Source: Adineta vaga
Taxonomy: Eukaryota; Animalia; Rotifera
Reading direction: 5' to 3'
DNA: 64,000 bases
Assembly: GCA_021613535.1 (NCBI GenBank)
Contig: CP075496.1
Coordinates: 2,170,001-2,234,000, forward strand
The notes under the pieces were generated by a model, which saw only the letters and a list, made by a program, of their open reading frames with translations, was not told where the DNA came from and did not search any database. The position numbers and the translations under genes were made by a program. Positions 51,954 to 64,000 of the stretch are shown here, one piece after another (within the stretch, counting starts at the first letter, position 1; the number at the start of each line of letters is the position of its first letter).

Positions 51954-54900
51954 TGACTTCGTTTTCAATGTGAATATTGTAGATTAAGATTTTTTAAAGA
52001 AGTTAAAAATGATAAAATAGTGAAGAAAAACGACTTTTATAGATCTTTTCTGCTGTCTTGATACTACATCTTTTTATGGCTATATCACTTGTTGTTATCG
52101 AAAATCAACAAAACTCAGCATGCAAATCGTCATCAATGCAATAAATGTAAAATAAAAAAGCATAAATGAAATGCTTCTTATGATTCTAATAGTACTTGAA
52201 TCAATCGGCGAAAAAGAGATGATCATAGTATTTAATGAGAGTGTTGCATGTTTGTTAAAGGTAAAAACGATTTTCTTATTCTTTTATTTTAAGCCGCATT
52301 TTTGTATGAAGAACAAAAAGTTGGAAGAAAACATGTTTTTTTAATATCAATAGACACAATATAAACCGTGTAAACCGCGGATAACATACGATTCGAAGAA
52401 TATTCATTTATCATCAATAAATACATATCAATACGAGAACTAACAGTAGAATAATTAAGATTGTTATTCTGCAAAATATTTCATATAGATTTTTTTTTCA
52501 TTTTGTTCTAATATAACATTCAAATAAAGAGAGAAAAATATCTTCTCAACGATAATGTTCATCCACTATTCAAGATATATGAAATTATAATCAAGTTCAA
52601 AAAAAACTATTTAATAAATGATAAGTTATTTTTCATTGATATTGATACACAGATAAATTCATAGAATAAGATTTTGTTTCGATTACTCATCACGAATAAA
52701 TGAAAACTTTAATGCTTTATCTATCTTATCCCAGCATCAGTTCATTAGAAATCAAAATAATCATGAAGTCAGTTACTGGAATATTATATTCTCTGCGGAT
52801 ATTGATTCAATTCACAATAAGTGGCATATGCAAATAACATTCGTTGTATGTAATGAGCCAGTCAAAATAAAAATAATATTGATATCATCTAAAACTGCGC
52901 ATCTGTGAGTCGTTTTGAACAATTCGACACAAGTAAGTTTTCGATGTATCAAATTTTGTTTTAATCAAACTTTTTAAGATAAGATACAGAAAAAAAAGAT
53001 TGATTCTATTTCGATATTAAAGGAATATAAATGATTTTTAAAATATACGACTCGTTAATAATTTAAATTATTGATATCAGATTTTTTTGTGCGAGAAATC
53101 TTCGAAAAATGAATCGAATAATAAAAAGACTCGAATTTAATTTTAGTAAGAAACGTCAATTTGATTTCTTTTCCCTATCAATCTAAAGATAAGTTTTAAG
53201 GAACAATCTTCATCTTTTCAAATAAACAACACGGAAGAAGAATTAACGTATATATTTCTGAATAATAATTTGAAATCAATATAAAAGCTCTTTTATCTTT
53301 ATAATTCAAACAGAATCATGTTCGTGTTAATTTCCTTAAAATTACCAAATTTATTCAATCAAAAAGATTGATGTTTAAATTAGAGTTTTTGCTTCTTGTG
53401 AATTAGTTGAAGATGATAAACAAAGCGTACATTGTAATATTCATAGCATTTGTTTTCAAAACAACTTTGATTGTGAATGATGAAATTGTATTCAATGGTA
53501 ATATAAAGAACTACGTGAATAATAAAAGTTGACAATTTCTTTTAAGAAAGATTGTATTCATTAAAGGAAAAAATAGAGAAATTTCTTTTTAGTATGATAA
53601 TGTATAGAGTTGGAGAGAGAGCAAGACGAGATATAAATCGAAGAAGAAAACGCATAAAATATTTTGCTCACTTCTACCTATGATAAAATAATTGAAACCA
53701 TGTATATTGAGAGATCTAATTAATATATACATTAGCATTGGTCCTGGTTCATTTCTATACAACACAATGACAGAAAATCATATTGAAATTTAATTTAATT
53801 ATTTACTAGAAAAGAATTTTATTTTAGTGATTTCTTTTTTCCTTCATATATCTTCATCGTTTTATATTTATTATGATTACCAAAAAGTTTCGATCACAAG
53901 GAAGTTTATCGCAATATTTATTGGAAAAAAATGAAAGGTAAAAAAATTATTGTTTCTAATTACTATTTAAAAGAGTTTTTTATCGAGAAAATACTTTAAA
54001 TTCCAAATAAATAATGACTTTTCAAAACTTCATTTTTTCCCTTCCAGTAAATCGCTCTTTCTTCTTCAAACTGTTTTTGAGGATTAATATGAGAGAGATA
54101 GAACGATGAATGAATAATTGTGGAAGTTTGTCTTTAATAAAATAGTAAAAAGCTATTCTGGTTTGTGTTATTCAACATTTTCTTATTCATTTTTTGACAC
54201 GAATGCAAAATACTATACATATATAGAAATATATTCGTTCTTGCAGCATTATCGAAAACTGACAGGTTTTTTCATTGTTGATCCTAAAACTAATTATTTC
54301 TCATTCAGTATAAAAAAACTGAGTCTAGAAATACTCTTCAATTGACTCCACATTCAAAACCTTATTGGTTCTACCCATGTAAGAAAAAATTTATGAAAAA
54401 TAAATTAACACGAAAAAGATCGTAATCGATTTTAGTCGCGCTTTAGAAGAACCGCGTTTTCTCGCTTGCTTAACCATCGGACAGACTTCTCGACCTTTTT
54501 ATGAGAATCCTCTCGTCGACAAATACTAAGTACAATAGTAGAGCAAGCTATATTTCCCTCATCATACTTTTAGGGATAGTATCCCTTGATATTCATCCAC
54601 ACATGGAGATGTATTGATGATTAAGATTAAAATCGCAGTTTTTACCGTTTTTTTTCTACTAGTGTGGTTCTTCGAATCTTATCGAATGCACCGCGTAGTA
54701 GTTGATTTTGTAAATCTATCTAGTTCTTTCTCGTAAGTGATAGAGTCAAATATTTCAGCTCATCCGACTCATCATACCATCCGTCAAAAAAGGACGATCT
54801 GTTTTTCTTTTCTTGCTCTTGTTATGTCGAGCAAAAATGTGTTTACTGTGAGGATAGGACGAACGAGGAGGTCATCTGTGAATAAAATGAGTATTTTTTT

Positions 54901-54956
54901 TTCAAAATACACGAAAATTTATGTAGACAGATCAAAAACGATTGAACATATTTCCT

Positions 54957-55601
54957 GGATGTTGAACAGGTTTTCAGGGGGTCTCTGCAAAATCATTTCT
55001 TGAAAAGTTCTCATATGTTTCATAATCGTGTGTGTTACTTGAAGATAATATTCTGTGTTCAAATAGATTTGTTTATCATGCATCGATTTATCAAGCGAAG
55101 AAGTCAATCAAGAAATGCAAAAATTTTGAGTTGAAACGATTCATCAGATGATGAATATCGCATAGATATTGTTGTTGATGAAGAAGTACCTTTCAACGAA
55201 AACCTAGATTTGGCTGACGTTGCTGATCTGGCTGAAATGTGTGAGCTACTTTATGGTACAAAATACCTTAAAACTTTGATTTACGTATCATTGCGTTTCT
55301 TCGAGGTAAAATGAGACGATGTTGCTAATTATTTAAAGAATATCGGTTTAATGGTCATTGCAACTTCTCATAAATGGGCAACAATATTTATTAAAGATGA
55401 TTACGAAGAGTTTTTGAATGATTTACGTGATGGTAAACAAACTGATTCATTTTATGACACATTTCCATAAATTGAAGCAAATGAGAATTCGTAGAACAAC
55501 GATTAACAGCGCAAAACTGTGTTTTACTGTATGGTTTTTCAGCGATTCTCTAAAAACCTGTTGAACATCCTAGTACAATTGTATTTCAATGAGATCCTCA
55601 T
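54957..55601 (+). mobile_element. Internally deleted DNA-transposon remnant (Tc1/IS630-like N-terminal region, tentative)
   Basis: 55141-55480 translates ...LIYVSLRFFEVK*DDVANYLKNIG...SHKWATIF...DLRDGKQTDSFYDTFP*IE with two stops (55312, 55468). Degenerate inverted repeat 54957-54991 / 55536-55570 (28/35). Confidence 0.45.
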
Positions 55602-55978
55602 CCGTGAACTGTTCCACACTATTTTAAGATGATCTATATATTTTTTTAGTTTCTCTTTCTCTATGCATTTATAATGATGAATGATTCTTTTGCCGGAACA
55701 CAAATGAATCATTCATCATATATAATTACGCACTTTATTGTTACACAGCCTGTTGAGTGGCTATTCTTTCTTACTCAACACAGAAAAATTCTTCTTGTTG
55801 TTTTTTGACACCGACAAACATAACCGTGTAGGTCTTTTCTAGCAATACATGTCTAATACAGTGGGTGATACTGCCCAGTTAGTGTTTTTAAAACAGTGAG
55901 TAGAGTTTTTCTGTACGCGCGCGATTCATTTATTTAATAGTTTTCTCTTTATTACAGAAAAATAGAATAAAACACGAA

Positions 55979-58507
55979 TTATTTCTTTTTCGTGTTTGCA
56001 AGGTTATTTCTATACATCTGAAGATTAGGATGTTCTGAAGGCAATGATTGTTGTGCAATCTGTACAGCACGCTCATAAAATGAACAGGCTTTTGCATAGT
56101 TCTTCGTGTTTTCATACGCCAAACCGATGTTGTTGTAAGATGAAGCCAAATGAGGATGATTTGGAGAAAGTGATTGTTGTTGAATTCCAAGGGCTTTTTC
56201 ATGAGATGAAAGTGCTTTTGGATAGTCACCCATCTTGTAATACACCAAACCGATGTTGCCATAAGATGAAGCCAAATCAGGATGATTTGGAGGAAGTGAT
56301 TGTTGTTTGATTGAAAGGGCTTTTTCATGAGATGAAAGTGCTTTTGGATAGTCACCCATCTTGTAATACACCAAACCAATGTTGTTGTAAGATGTAGCCA
56401 AATGAGGATGATTTGGAGGAAGTGATTGTTGATTAATTGCAAGGGCCTTTTCATGAGATGAAAGTGCTTTTGGATAGTCACCCATGTTGTAATACACCAA
56501 ACCGATGTTGCCATAAGATGAAGCCAAATCAGGATGATTTGGAGGAAGTGATTGTTGTTTGATTGAGAGGGCTTTTTCATGCGATGAAAGTGCTTTTGGA
56601 TAGTCACCCATGTTGTCATACACCAAACCGATGTTGTTGTAAGATGAAGCCAAATGAGGATGATTTGGAGGAAGTGATTGTTGACTAATTGCCAGATCTT
56701 TCTCATAATATGAAAGTGCTTTTGGATAGTCACCCATGTTCGAATACACCAAACCGATGTTGTTGTAAGATTTAGCCAAATCAGGATGATTTGGAGGAAG
56801 TGATTGTTGACTAATTGCCAGATCTTTCTCATAATATGAAAGTGCTTTTGGATAGTCACCCATGTTCGAATACACCAAACCGGTGTTGTTGTAGGATGAA
56901 GCCAAATCAGGATGATTTGGAGGAAGTGATTGTTGACTAATTGCAAGTGCTTTTTCATAATATGAAAGTGCTTTTGGATAGTCACCCATGCTGTAATACA
57001 CTCCACCGATGTTGTTGTAAGATTTAGCCAACTCAGGATCTTGAGGAGAAAGAGTTTTCTCCTTGATGGCAAGTGATTTTTCATACAATCTGATAGCCTC
57101 TTCATATTCTCCTCGATTGTATTTGATCGAACCAAGTTGATGATAAATTGGTGCCTTGTCACTCTCCTTCGTTGCTTGATCAAGTAACATTTCATAAATC
57201 TCTTCAGCCTTATCATTTTGACCCAATTTGATTAGTACTGAACCCAATCTGGACCACCCCTCTTCTTCTGGAAAACTATCCTCTCGTATGCGCTCAGTCA
57301 GTGCATGTAATTCTTTGTCATTATCACTGGTCAGTGTCAAACTCACTTCGAAGAGTTTGTTATTTCCACTCATTTGTTTGATATCCTGAATTCGAAACAC
57401 GCTGTGCATTGAAAATAGCACTTCATCTTCACCCTCAATGGCACTAAGATCACGAATTGATGCAAATACTGTTGTTGATTGTTTTGGTTCTATTGTCATC
57501 ACAAACAAAATTGCCACCAAATCGGGATTACTAATATTCTCTTTGGCAAACCAAAGTGAAATATCTTTATCCTTGCTGGTGGATAAGAAATTGTTAAACG
57601 ATATGAGTCCACCTTTTGTCTGCTTTAGTTGTTCGAAATCTGCCTTTGATAATCCTTGTCCACGATAAACTGTAAAGATATGATCCATATGTTGTTCTTG
57701 ATGCACGGATTCGATGTGTCGATGTAGATCATTAATAAAGAAACCCATCCGTGTCATGATGTCACCATCCATCATTCGAATGCCACGATTGAGCATGCCG
57801 TATAAGAAGCAATGATAAGTATACCACCAGATAGGTGTTTTCTGATGATATTTGCGTTCCAATAATTTCACATTGTTCAATTCTCGATCGTTATCGATGA
57901 AAAGTTCACGACAGTAGTTGACATAATCTTGAATATGTGTATCGTCGAATTTAATGGTCAATAAGATCTCCTTCAGGATCTGAGTGTACATGAACGAAGG
58001 ATCTAGTTGATCTAACTTTTTGCCAGATGACACAAAACTCATTGATACAGCATTTTGTTCACATTGTGCTGCTGCTTGTTTGATAGCTTCACAGATGGGT
58101 TTGATCTCTGTGAAGACTCCCTTGATCTTTGGCCAATCCTTTGCCCATCCTTCATGTCGTTGTTTGTTGCCACAAAAGATAAAAATGGAATCCACTTGAG
58201 ACAGATCATGTACTTGAGGTACAATAAGCTGTCCAAGTGCACCTGAAATAATCATGCAGGCCTTACGATCTTTGATTGTTTCAATAAATCTGATGCACTG
58301 ATCGCCATCTGTGTATGTGTTTAAATCATTGACAGCACGTCGAAGATGTGCCATTGTATTTTGACAATCTTCGCTGTTGTCATCTATGTTGCCATCCAAC
58401 CATATAAGCAGCACATTTTGGATCTTTTGAATGTCGAGACGACGGCGTCCACGTGTGTTTCTTGAAGCTCCAGTTGTTTTTTGAGTTGTTGTGGTGCTAC
58501 TTGCCAT
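55979..58507 (-). CDS. Receiver-like domain + arginine-type (R-S-E) ADP-ribosyltransferase + TPR array, copy 2 (intact, 842 aa, intronless CDS)
   Basis: (beta/alpha)5-like N-domain (LLIWLD...ACMIISG...SIFIFC...KGVFTE); ART motifs VYRG, FLSTS, EDEVLF; nine 42-aa kinesin-light-chain-type TPR units. Confidence 0.92.
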   Translation of the reverse strand: MASSTTTTQKTTGASRNTRGRRRLDIQKIQNVLLIWLDGNIDDNSEDCQNTMAHLRRAVNDLNTYTDGDQCIRFIETIKDRKACMIISGALGQLIVPQVHDLSQVDSIFIFCGNKQRHEGWAKDWPKIKGVFTEIKPICEAIKQAAAQCEQNAVSMSFVSSGKKLDQLDPSFMYTQILKEILLTIKFDDTHIQDYVNYCRELFIDNDRELNNVKLLERKYHQKTPIWWYTYHCFLYGMLNRGIRMMDGDIMTRMGFFINDLHRHIESVHQEQHMDHIFTVYRGQGLSKADFEQLKQTKGGLISFNNFLSTSKDKDISLWFAKENISNPDLVAILFVMTIEPKQSTTVFASIRDLSAIEGEDEVLFSMHSVFRIQDIKQMSGNNKLFEVSLTLTSDNDKELHALTERIREDSFPEEEGWSRLGSVLIKLGQNDKAEEIYEMLLDQATKESDKAPIYHQLGSIKYNRGEYEEAIRLYEKSLAIKEKTLSPQDPELAKSYNNIGGVYYSMGDYPKALSYYEKALAISQQSLPPNHPDLASSYNNTGLVYSNMGDYPKALSYYEKDLAISQQSLPPNHPDLAKSYNNIGLVYSNMGDYPKALSYYEKDLAISQQSLPPNHPHLASSYNNIGLVYDNMGDYPKALSSHEKALSIKQQSLPPNHPDLASSYGNIGLVYYNMGDYPKALSSHEKALAINQQSLPPNHPHLATSYNNIGLVYYKMGDYPKALSSHEKALSIKQQSLPPNHPDLASSYGNIGLVYYKMGDYPKALSSHEKALGIQQQSLSPNHPHLASSYNNIGLAYENTKNYAKACSFYERAVQIAQQSLPSEHPNLQMYRNNLANTKKK
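56021..57154 (-). repeat. Tandem 126-bp TPR-coding repeat, 9 units
   Basis: 1134 bp = 9 x 126; the seven inner units are near-identical at DNA level. Confidence 0.95.
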
Positions 58508-61500
58508 TGATTTGATTTGTTCTGTTGATGAGAATAACAAATATTGTGAATTTTAATTCCTTTGAATTTGAAAAATTACTAATAATTGACTGGCGAAAAT
58601 TTGCTCATTATATAGATCTCTGTTCTCTTCATCTGTGTTTTTCTTTTGTTTTTGTTGAACAACGCCTTTTTTATTTTGCTGCTTTTTCTTATTTCTTCCG
58701 AAATCAGGCGCAAACAAAGGAATCCATTTAACGAGGTACTCTTACATAGCTGCCAGTCATCGAAATAGTCGCCGAAAACGAATGTTTTTTTATTTGTTCT
58801 GTCTTCAAAACGTACTCTTATTGTTTGCGTTTGAGAATCGAAGGATGGAAAAATCTTCATGACGACGACAACAATAACAGAAGAGTTTCAATCATTGTCC
58901 TTCTCTTTTTCATTATTTTAAAATAAAATTATCTACAATAAGGATATGATTGGTCCATTGAAACAGAGATTGAGTGAGAAAAAAGAAGTTTTTGTTATTT
59001 AATTCTGACTATAGATGATCTATACATTTTGCGAAGAAATGTGATTATAAAATCTTTCCACGAAAAAAAACTTGACAGAATTTGTCTTATGATTTTGTTT
59101 GATTTCTTCAACAATGTGAAGTAAATAAACACAACATAAATTCTGCATTCATGTTTTTCTTTTTGAAATATTTTCAAATTCTTTTAGTTGTTGTTCACTT
59201 TTCTATTCTTTGACTACATATAATATTCTGTAATAGGAAGTATTCTTCGTGTTGTTTCTTATAACATATACAATATGCACTTTTGTTCTATTTCTTCTTC
59301 GCACTCTCTAACCGTTAGAGAAGATTTTCAATGAAAAATGGATTCATATGTTTTTTTTTTATTTTCGATAAATTACGTAGTTAAAAAGAAAAAATTATAA
59401 CCTTCGATTTCATACCGATTCAAATGAATTTTTATATCATTAAAATATCTCTGTACACTCCAAATACTTAATTATTAACATTAGTCACATGATTCTCCGA
59501 GATTTTGGTCACGGGAATTATCCATTTTGAATTCTCTTTTGAGCTAATCAATCTTACGTTCGAACAATTGAAATGAATTCATTGATTGTAATATTATCGT
59601 CCATTCTTGTTTATTTATTTGATTGAAAACATTGAAAATCTGTCGTTTTCTTTTGGGTCTGATGCAATTTTGTTTGTCTTTTCAAACGAATAATATGTAT
59701 TACATGAATTTATATGTGAAACTTATTTCCAGACTTTCTGATGGATACAAAGTTACAGGAAAATACTGTGTATTTATATTTAAATTGTTCCTGACTACGT
59801 TTATTGAAATAGGCAACGAAAATGAATGTTTTTCTTATTTACTCTCTCTCCAAACAGTATCAGATGAAATTAGTTCATTGAAAGACAGAAAGAATAAACT
59901 TAAAGTCAAAACTATTTTCTGCAGAAATTGATTGCATTTATAATAACTAAAAATAAGTATTCGTATTTTTATTTATCTCCAAGAAGATACTTAGTTCATT
60001 TTCGACAACAAATATATATATATATATATATACATATATTATAAAGAATCTGAAGACAAAGCTTCGTTACATATATGTTCTATATATATTCTAAAGTCTT
60101 TCCGCGAAAGAAGTTTTTGAGAGGATGAGACCAGTGATAATGACATAGAATTACATGTACTGTTTGATTTCTTTCTCGGTATAAGACGTCACACTTTTTC
60201 TACATTTGTCATTCTCTCATAGCTGAATTTCAAAAACTAACAACATATTAAAAATGATTCTAATACAACTAGAATATCAGTCTATATAAATTAACAATGT
60301 GTCACAAATATTATGTAAAAACTTTTGAAAATAAACTCGATCTTTTTTCGATTTATTCAGTCTTCTTTAAATCGAGAAAATTATATATCTCACTATTCAC
60401 TGAAACATAGACAAAACGCTCAAAGTCACTATTTTGCACAGTGAGACATCTAATATCACTTTCATATCTTTATTTTAATTATAGTTCTCTTCATTTCATG
60501 TTGTCAATCCAATAATAATTGAATATCTTTTCATGCCGCATTCTATTCTCTCATCATACAGATTAGCTATTTAAACTGTTGTGATGATATTGATTCCTGT
60601 TCATAATAAGATTTAACAAACTTTTCATTCCTTATTGCTGTTTGTTCTAATGAATAGCAAGAGTCTATACTTAAACCTATCACTTTAATTCAATTTCTCG
60701 AGCAATTGATATGTCATACACATATTTCTATCTGAGAAAAACATCTTGTTCGTTCAATTCACAAAACAAACAAGTGATCTGAATGTTTTCTCAAAGAAGA
60801 GATTATACATTGGTTACATGACTGACAAGAGCATCTAAATCTCACACATATTCTCTAGTGACACGAATATAGACGAAATAAGTAAACAAGAAGAAGACAA
60901 AACGTTGAAGTGCGAAATTGAATATAGAGGAGGAAAAAAAAATATTAATTGGACTCGTGTGCACATCGATATAGCGTGTGAATTAGTTACATAAGAAATC
61001 GATCAATTGTTATTCATTTAACTTTCACTCTACATGAAATTAGTCGTAGACAATTTATCATTTTAATTCACATTCTCTTATGCATATCTAATGAATAGTC
61101 ATTATATTTGTTAGAAACAAAAAACTGTTTTCATTGTTGTTTTTTCAGTAAACTTCAAAGAAATATCACATTTTAAAGTATCTGTCAAAAGCGATTACTT
61201 GTTTGTAAAAAAAAAACTAACATAACGACAAGTTGAATAGAAGATCATTCATTTTCACAGTCATGTGTGAGAAAAGAAGATCGCCCGTTCATATTGTGAT
61301 AAAAACAAGCCTGATAGGCATGCCGTTCGGTGACACTTCTTTTATATATATGTTGATCACTAAACTAGATCGATTAAATCATTTTCAAAATAAAACCAGT
61401 GTTGTAGAAACGAAAATAAACGTGAGAGAGAGAGAGAGAATTATATAGAAAAACATCTCGATCGTGTATCAGCTGCATATACAAATCAGTCAGTCAAACA

Positions 61501-62142
61501 TGTCTATATGAACAAGAAGCAAAGTTTTCTTGTTAAATCTATACATTGGTCTTACTGCCTCTTATTTTACAAATATCAAGAAAATAACTAAAAAAATGTT
61601 CATTATCTACAATTAATTCGTTTTATTGTTCAATGTACACTTTACGAACAACTTTTGGCGACAGGTAAATTTTTTCCATCTGTTATTGTTAATTTCATCA
61701 CATATTTTCCTCGTCTAAAACGATTATATGAAATTGACATGATATAATTAGAAAATATTTTCAGGAATGCTGCTTATCTTGAAGACATTTCGAATCGATA
61801 AATAGGTCATCTTATCCTTCTCTTTGATTTTCTTGCGTATATGTCTATCGGAAAAAAGCGTTAGATTGTGTTAATAGCACTCAGAAAAGTGCAAATGAAA
61901 ACAACATTGGAATTCACATCTAACGTTCGTTCGTTTTTTTCTCTTCATCTTTAACGAACTTTTCTTTCCTCGAGAGAAACGAAGAAAAAAAAGGGATGTG
62001 TTCTTCTCTTTCTCCTCTTCTGTCTCTCTCCCTCTCTTCTCTATTGAACATACATTTATAAAAAAACAACTTCGTTAAACTGGACAACCATTTTTCTTCA
62101 TCAATCGAAAAAGATAAAAATATCTCTCAACATGATACATCT

Positions 62143-64000
62143 ATGAATACATTATCCGATCTTGATCATTGGCTTCATATGAGTACTTCAGCTCGTAGTT
62201 GGAGTTTTCTAGTAAGGTAAGACAATCAATCCTATTCATCATTTGAATAGCTGCAAATCGTTAGAAATAGACGCGCTCGTTCAAAGAAATTCATATATTG
62301 TTTATCAGTTGAACAAACATAAATGAATGAATGAATAGGAAAGAAAACCGTTAGAAAGAATGCTTCTGTTTTCTACTTGATTAAACATGAAAAATGAATT
62401 TTAGACGAACACCTCGACGTAAACTGGTCTATTCTTCAAGTGATGAAGATATCGATCATAGTCCAAAAAAGATATCTTCAGGTAAAAAGAGATAAATCAT
62501 TTTTTTTTCTATATCATTTGTCTTTTTCTTTTCAATAGTGGATATCCTCCGGCAAGAATATCAAGATGAACAGTAAGTGTTCTCTTCATTTTTTTTTGAT
62601 GTTCAAGCAGTGAAGTGGATTGTCTGAATATTAAACAATCCACCCTATGGTTTACGATAGAATCGTTTGACTTGATTTATGACTGACAATTCGATGGCAC
62701 TCAAGTGTAGAAGGTGTTCGTTCGACCGTTGACATTTTTTTTGTCTCTCTTTCAAACGATTTTTCTTCCTGATGTAGTTATCGACTAGTGTCAACTTTCA
62801 TCAGACGAATCGTTTCTTTCTTTCTTTTTTGTTGTAAATGGATGGGTGCCACCCTGCTATTAGCAGATAGACAACAAAATGATAATCTTATTGTATATAA
62901 CAGCGGTGAGCTAAGCCGATTTCCAGTCGTTATTTGCTTTTTGTCAACAAATGAAACTGTTAAAGAAAGTTCAGACAAGAAATGAATCTATATGTTCTCT
63001 TTCTTTTTCTAGTTTGTCAATACGATCTTTTTCAACAGATATCGTTACAACAAGACCAACACGTTCAAAATTAGAACATTACGGTTTCAAACAAGTTCCT
63101 CGTCCTACATCCTTACGTAGTAATAAACGACAAACAATTCTTAAAGAAAATAAAACGAAAAAAGTTCGTCTCAATGAAATAACACCGAATAAACCATCTC
63201 GTCATCCAATGCAAACACGATCCCAATCGACTTCGGTTTGTTTTACTACACATGCATGTAGATGAGAACATCATAGAATGAATATTGTTATTTTCTTAGG
63301 ATTCTCATTCGGAACAATTGATTACATTATTTGATAAAACTCTTTCAACAGTGACACCAAATCGAAATGAAAATGACGATGATGATGAAAATCTTTCGAG
63401 TCGAAATCGACAACGACGATTAAGACCACTTCCTCTTTGTTTATCTGATAATGAAAAGAATATGCCAGTTTTAACGGTTATAACAATAGAAGAAAATTCC
63501 AATATGAATGTATGAAATCATTTTCGATTTTTTGTCATCGAATGATCTATCGTTGTTTTTTCTTTCTTGTAGAAACGTCTTCATGATGATGTTGATGATG
63601 AAAACAGTGACAATTATCGATCAATAAAACGTACTAAAGTTATCGATGAATATAATAAAGAAAATGATTTAATTATCAATCGTTCATCGATTGTAAAACG
63701 TTCACGTCGTGGAATTGGAGTAAGTCATATATTTGTCTTCGAAATTCAAAGAATTTTTATTCATTTCTTTAGTTAATACGAAGTTTAACTGAACCACATG
63801 AAGAACAAATCAAAGCATCAGTTGAACTCGCTTCCAATCGTGATTTAATTGGTGATCGTTCGAATACATACTGTTTACCACGTTGTAAAAGTCGTAAACA
63901 TCCTGATCTTGCTTGTATCAGTCCTGAAACAGTAAGATCACCCGTAAAAAGTCGATATTATTTCAATAAAAACATCTCTCTCTCTATTCAGATGGTCAAT
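62143..64000 (+). CDS. CDC25: M-phase inducer phosphatase Cdc25/string, 5' part; catalytic domain beyond the window
   Basis: Exons splice in frame. KEN motif (~63657), LIRSLTEP (14-3-3-site-like), then the Cdc25 pre-rhodanese signature LIGDRSNTYCLPRCKSRKHPDLACISPET|MV. Confidence 0.85.

Noticed and set aside
56021-57154. Regular repeats superficially like a CRISPR array
   Set aside because: Contiguous coding repeats without unique spacers, in a eukaryotic context.
55930-57216. 428-aa alternative-frame ORF overlapping the TPR array
   Set aside because: A stop-free shifted frame in one 126-bp unit is propagated by repetition; no independent support. The copy-1 frameshift does not enter the equivalent frame.
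62573-63011. Small hairpins in the longest Cdc25 intron (e.g. GTGGATTGT/ACAATCCAC), possible snoRNA
   Set aside because: No convincing C/D or H/ACA box arrangement found.

Overview
AT-rich eukaryotic DNA with many short (~50-60 bp) GT-AG introns. Gene content suggests a bdelloid rotifer (inference). Conserved genes: cytoplasmic dynein heavy chain (running off the left edge), a SLIRP-like RRM protein, a 4E-T/EIF4ENIF1-like protein, ZCCHC14/ZCCHC2-like, a C2-PDZ-DH-PH PsGEF-like protein, and the 5' part of Cdc25 (running off the right edge). Two accessory blocks lie between them. Block 1 (18.2-24.6 kb): a highly divergent fold-type-I (class V-like) PLP enzyme gene interrupted by a very young 873-bp non-autonomous LTR element (TRIM: identical 180-bp LTRs, tRNA-Gly-type PBS, PPT, GACAT TSD), followed by a decayed macrodomain-PARP14/15-like gene. 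Block 2 (46-58.9 kb): a 346-bp fold-back hairpin, DNA-transposon remnants, and two tandem genes with intronless CDSs encoding receiver-like domain + R-S-E ADP-ribosyltransferase + 126-bp TPR repeats (9 vs 3 units; one copy frameshifted at the ART/TPR boundary). These look like a variable-sensor/toxin-effector system. All family assignments come from recalled motifs; no database search was run.
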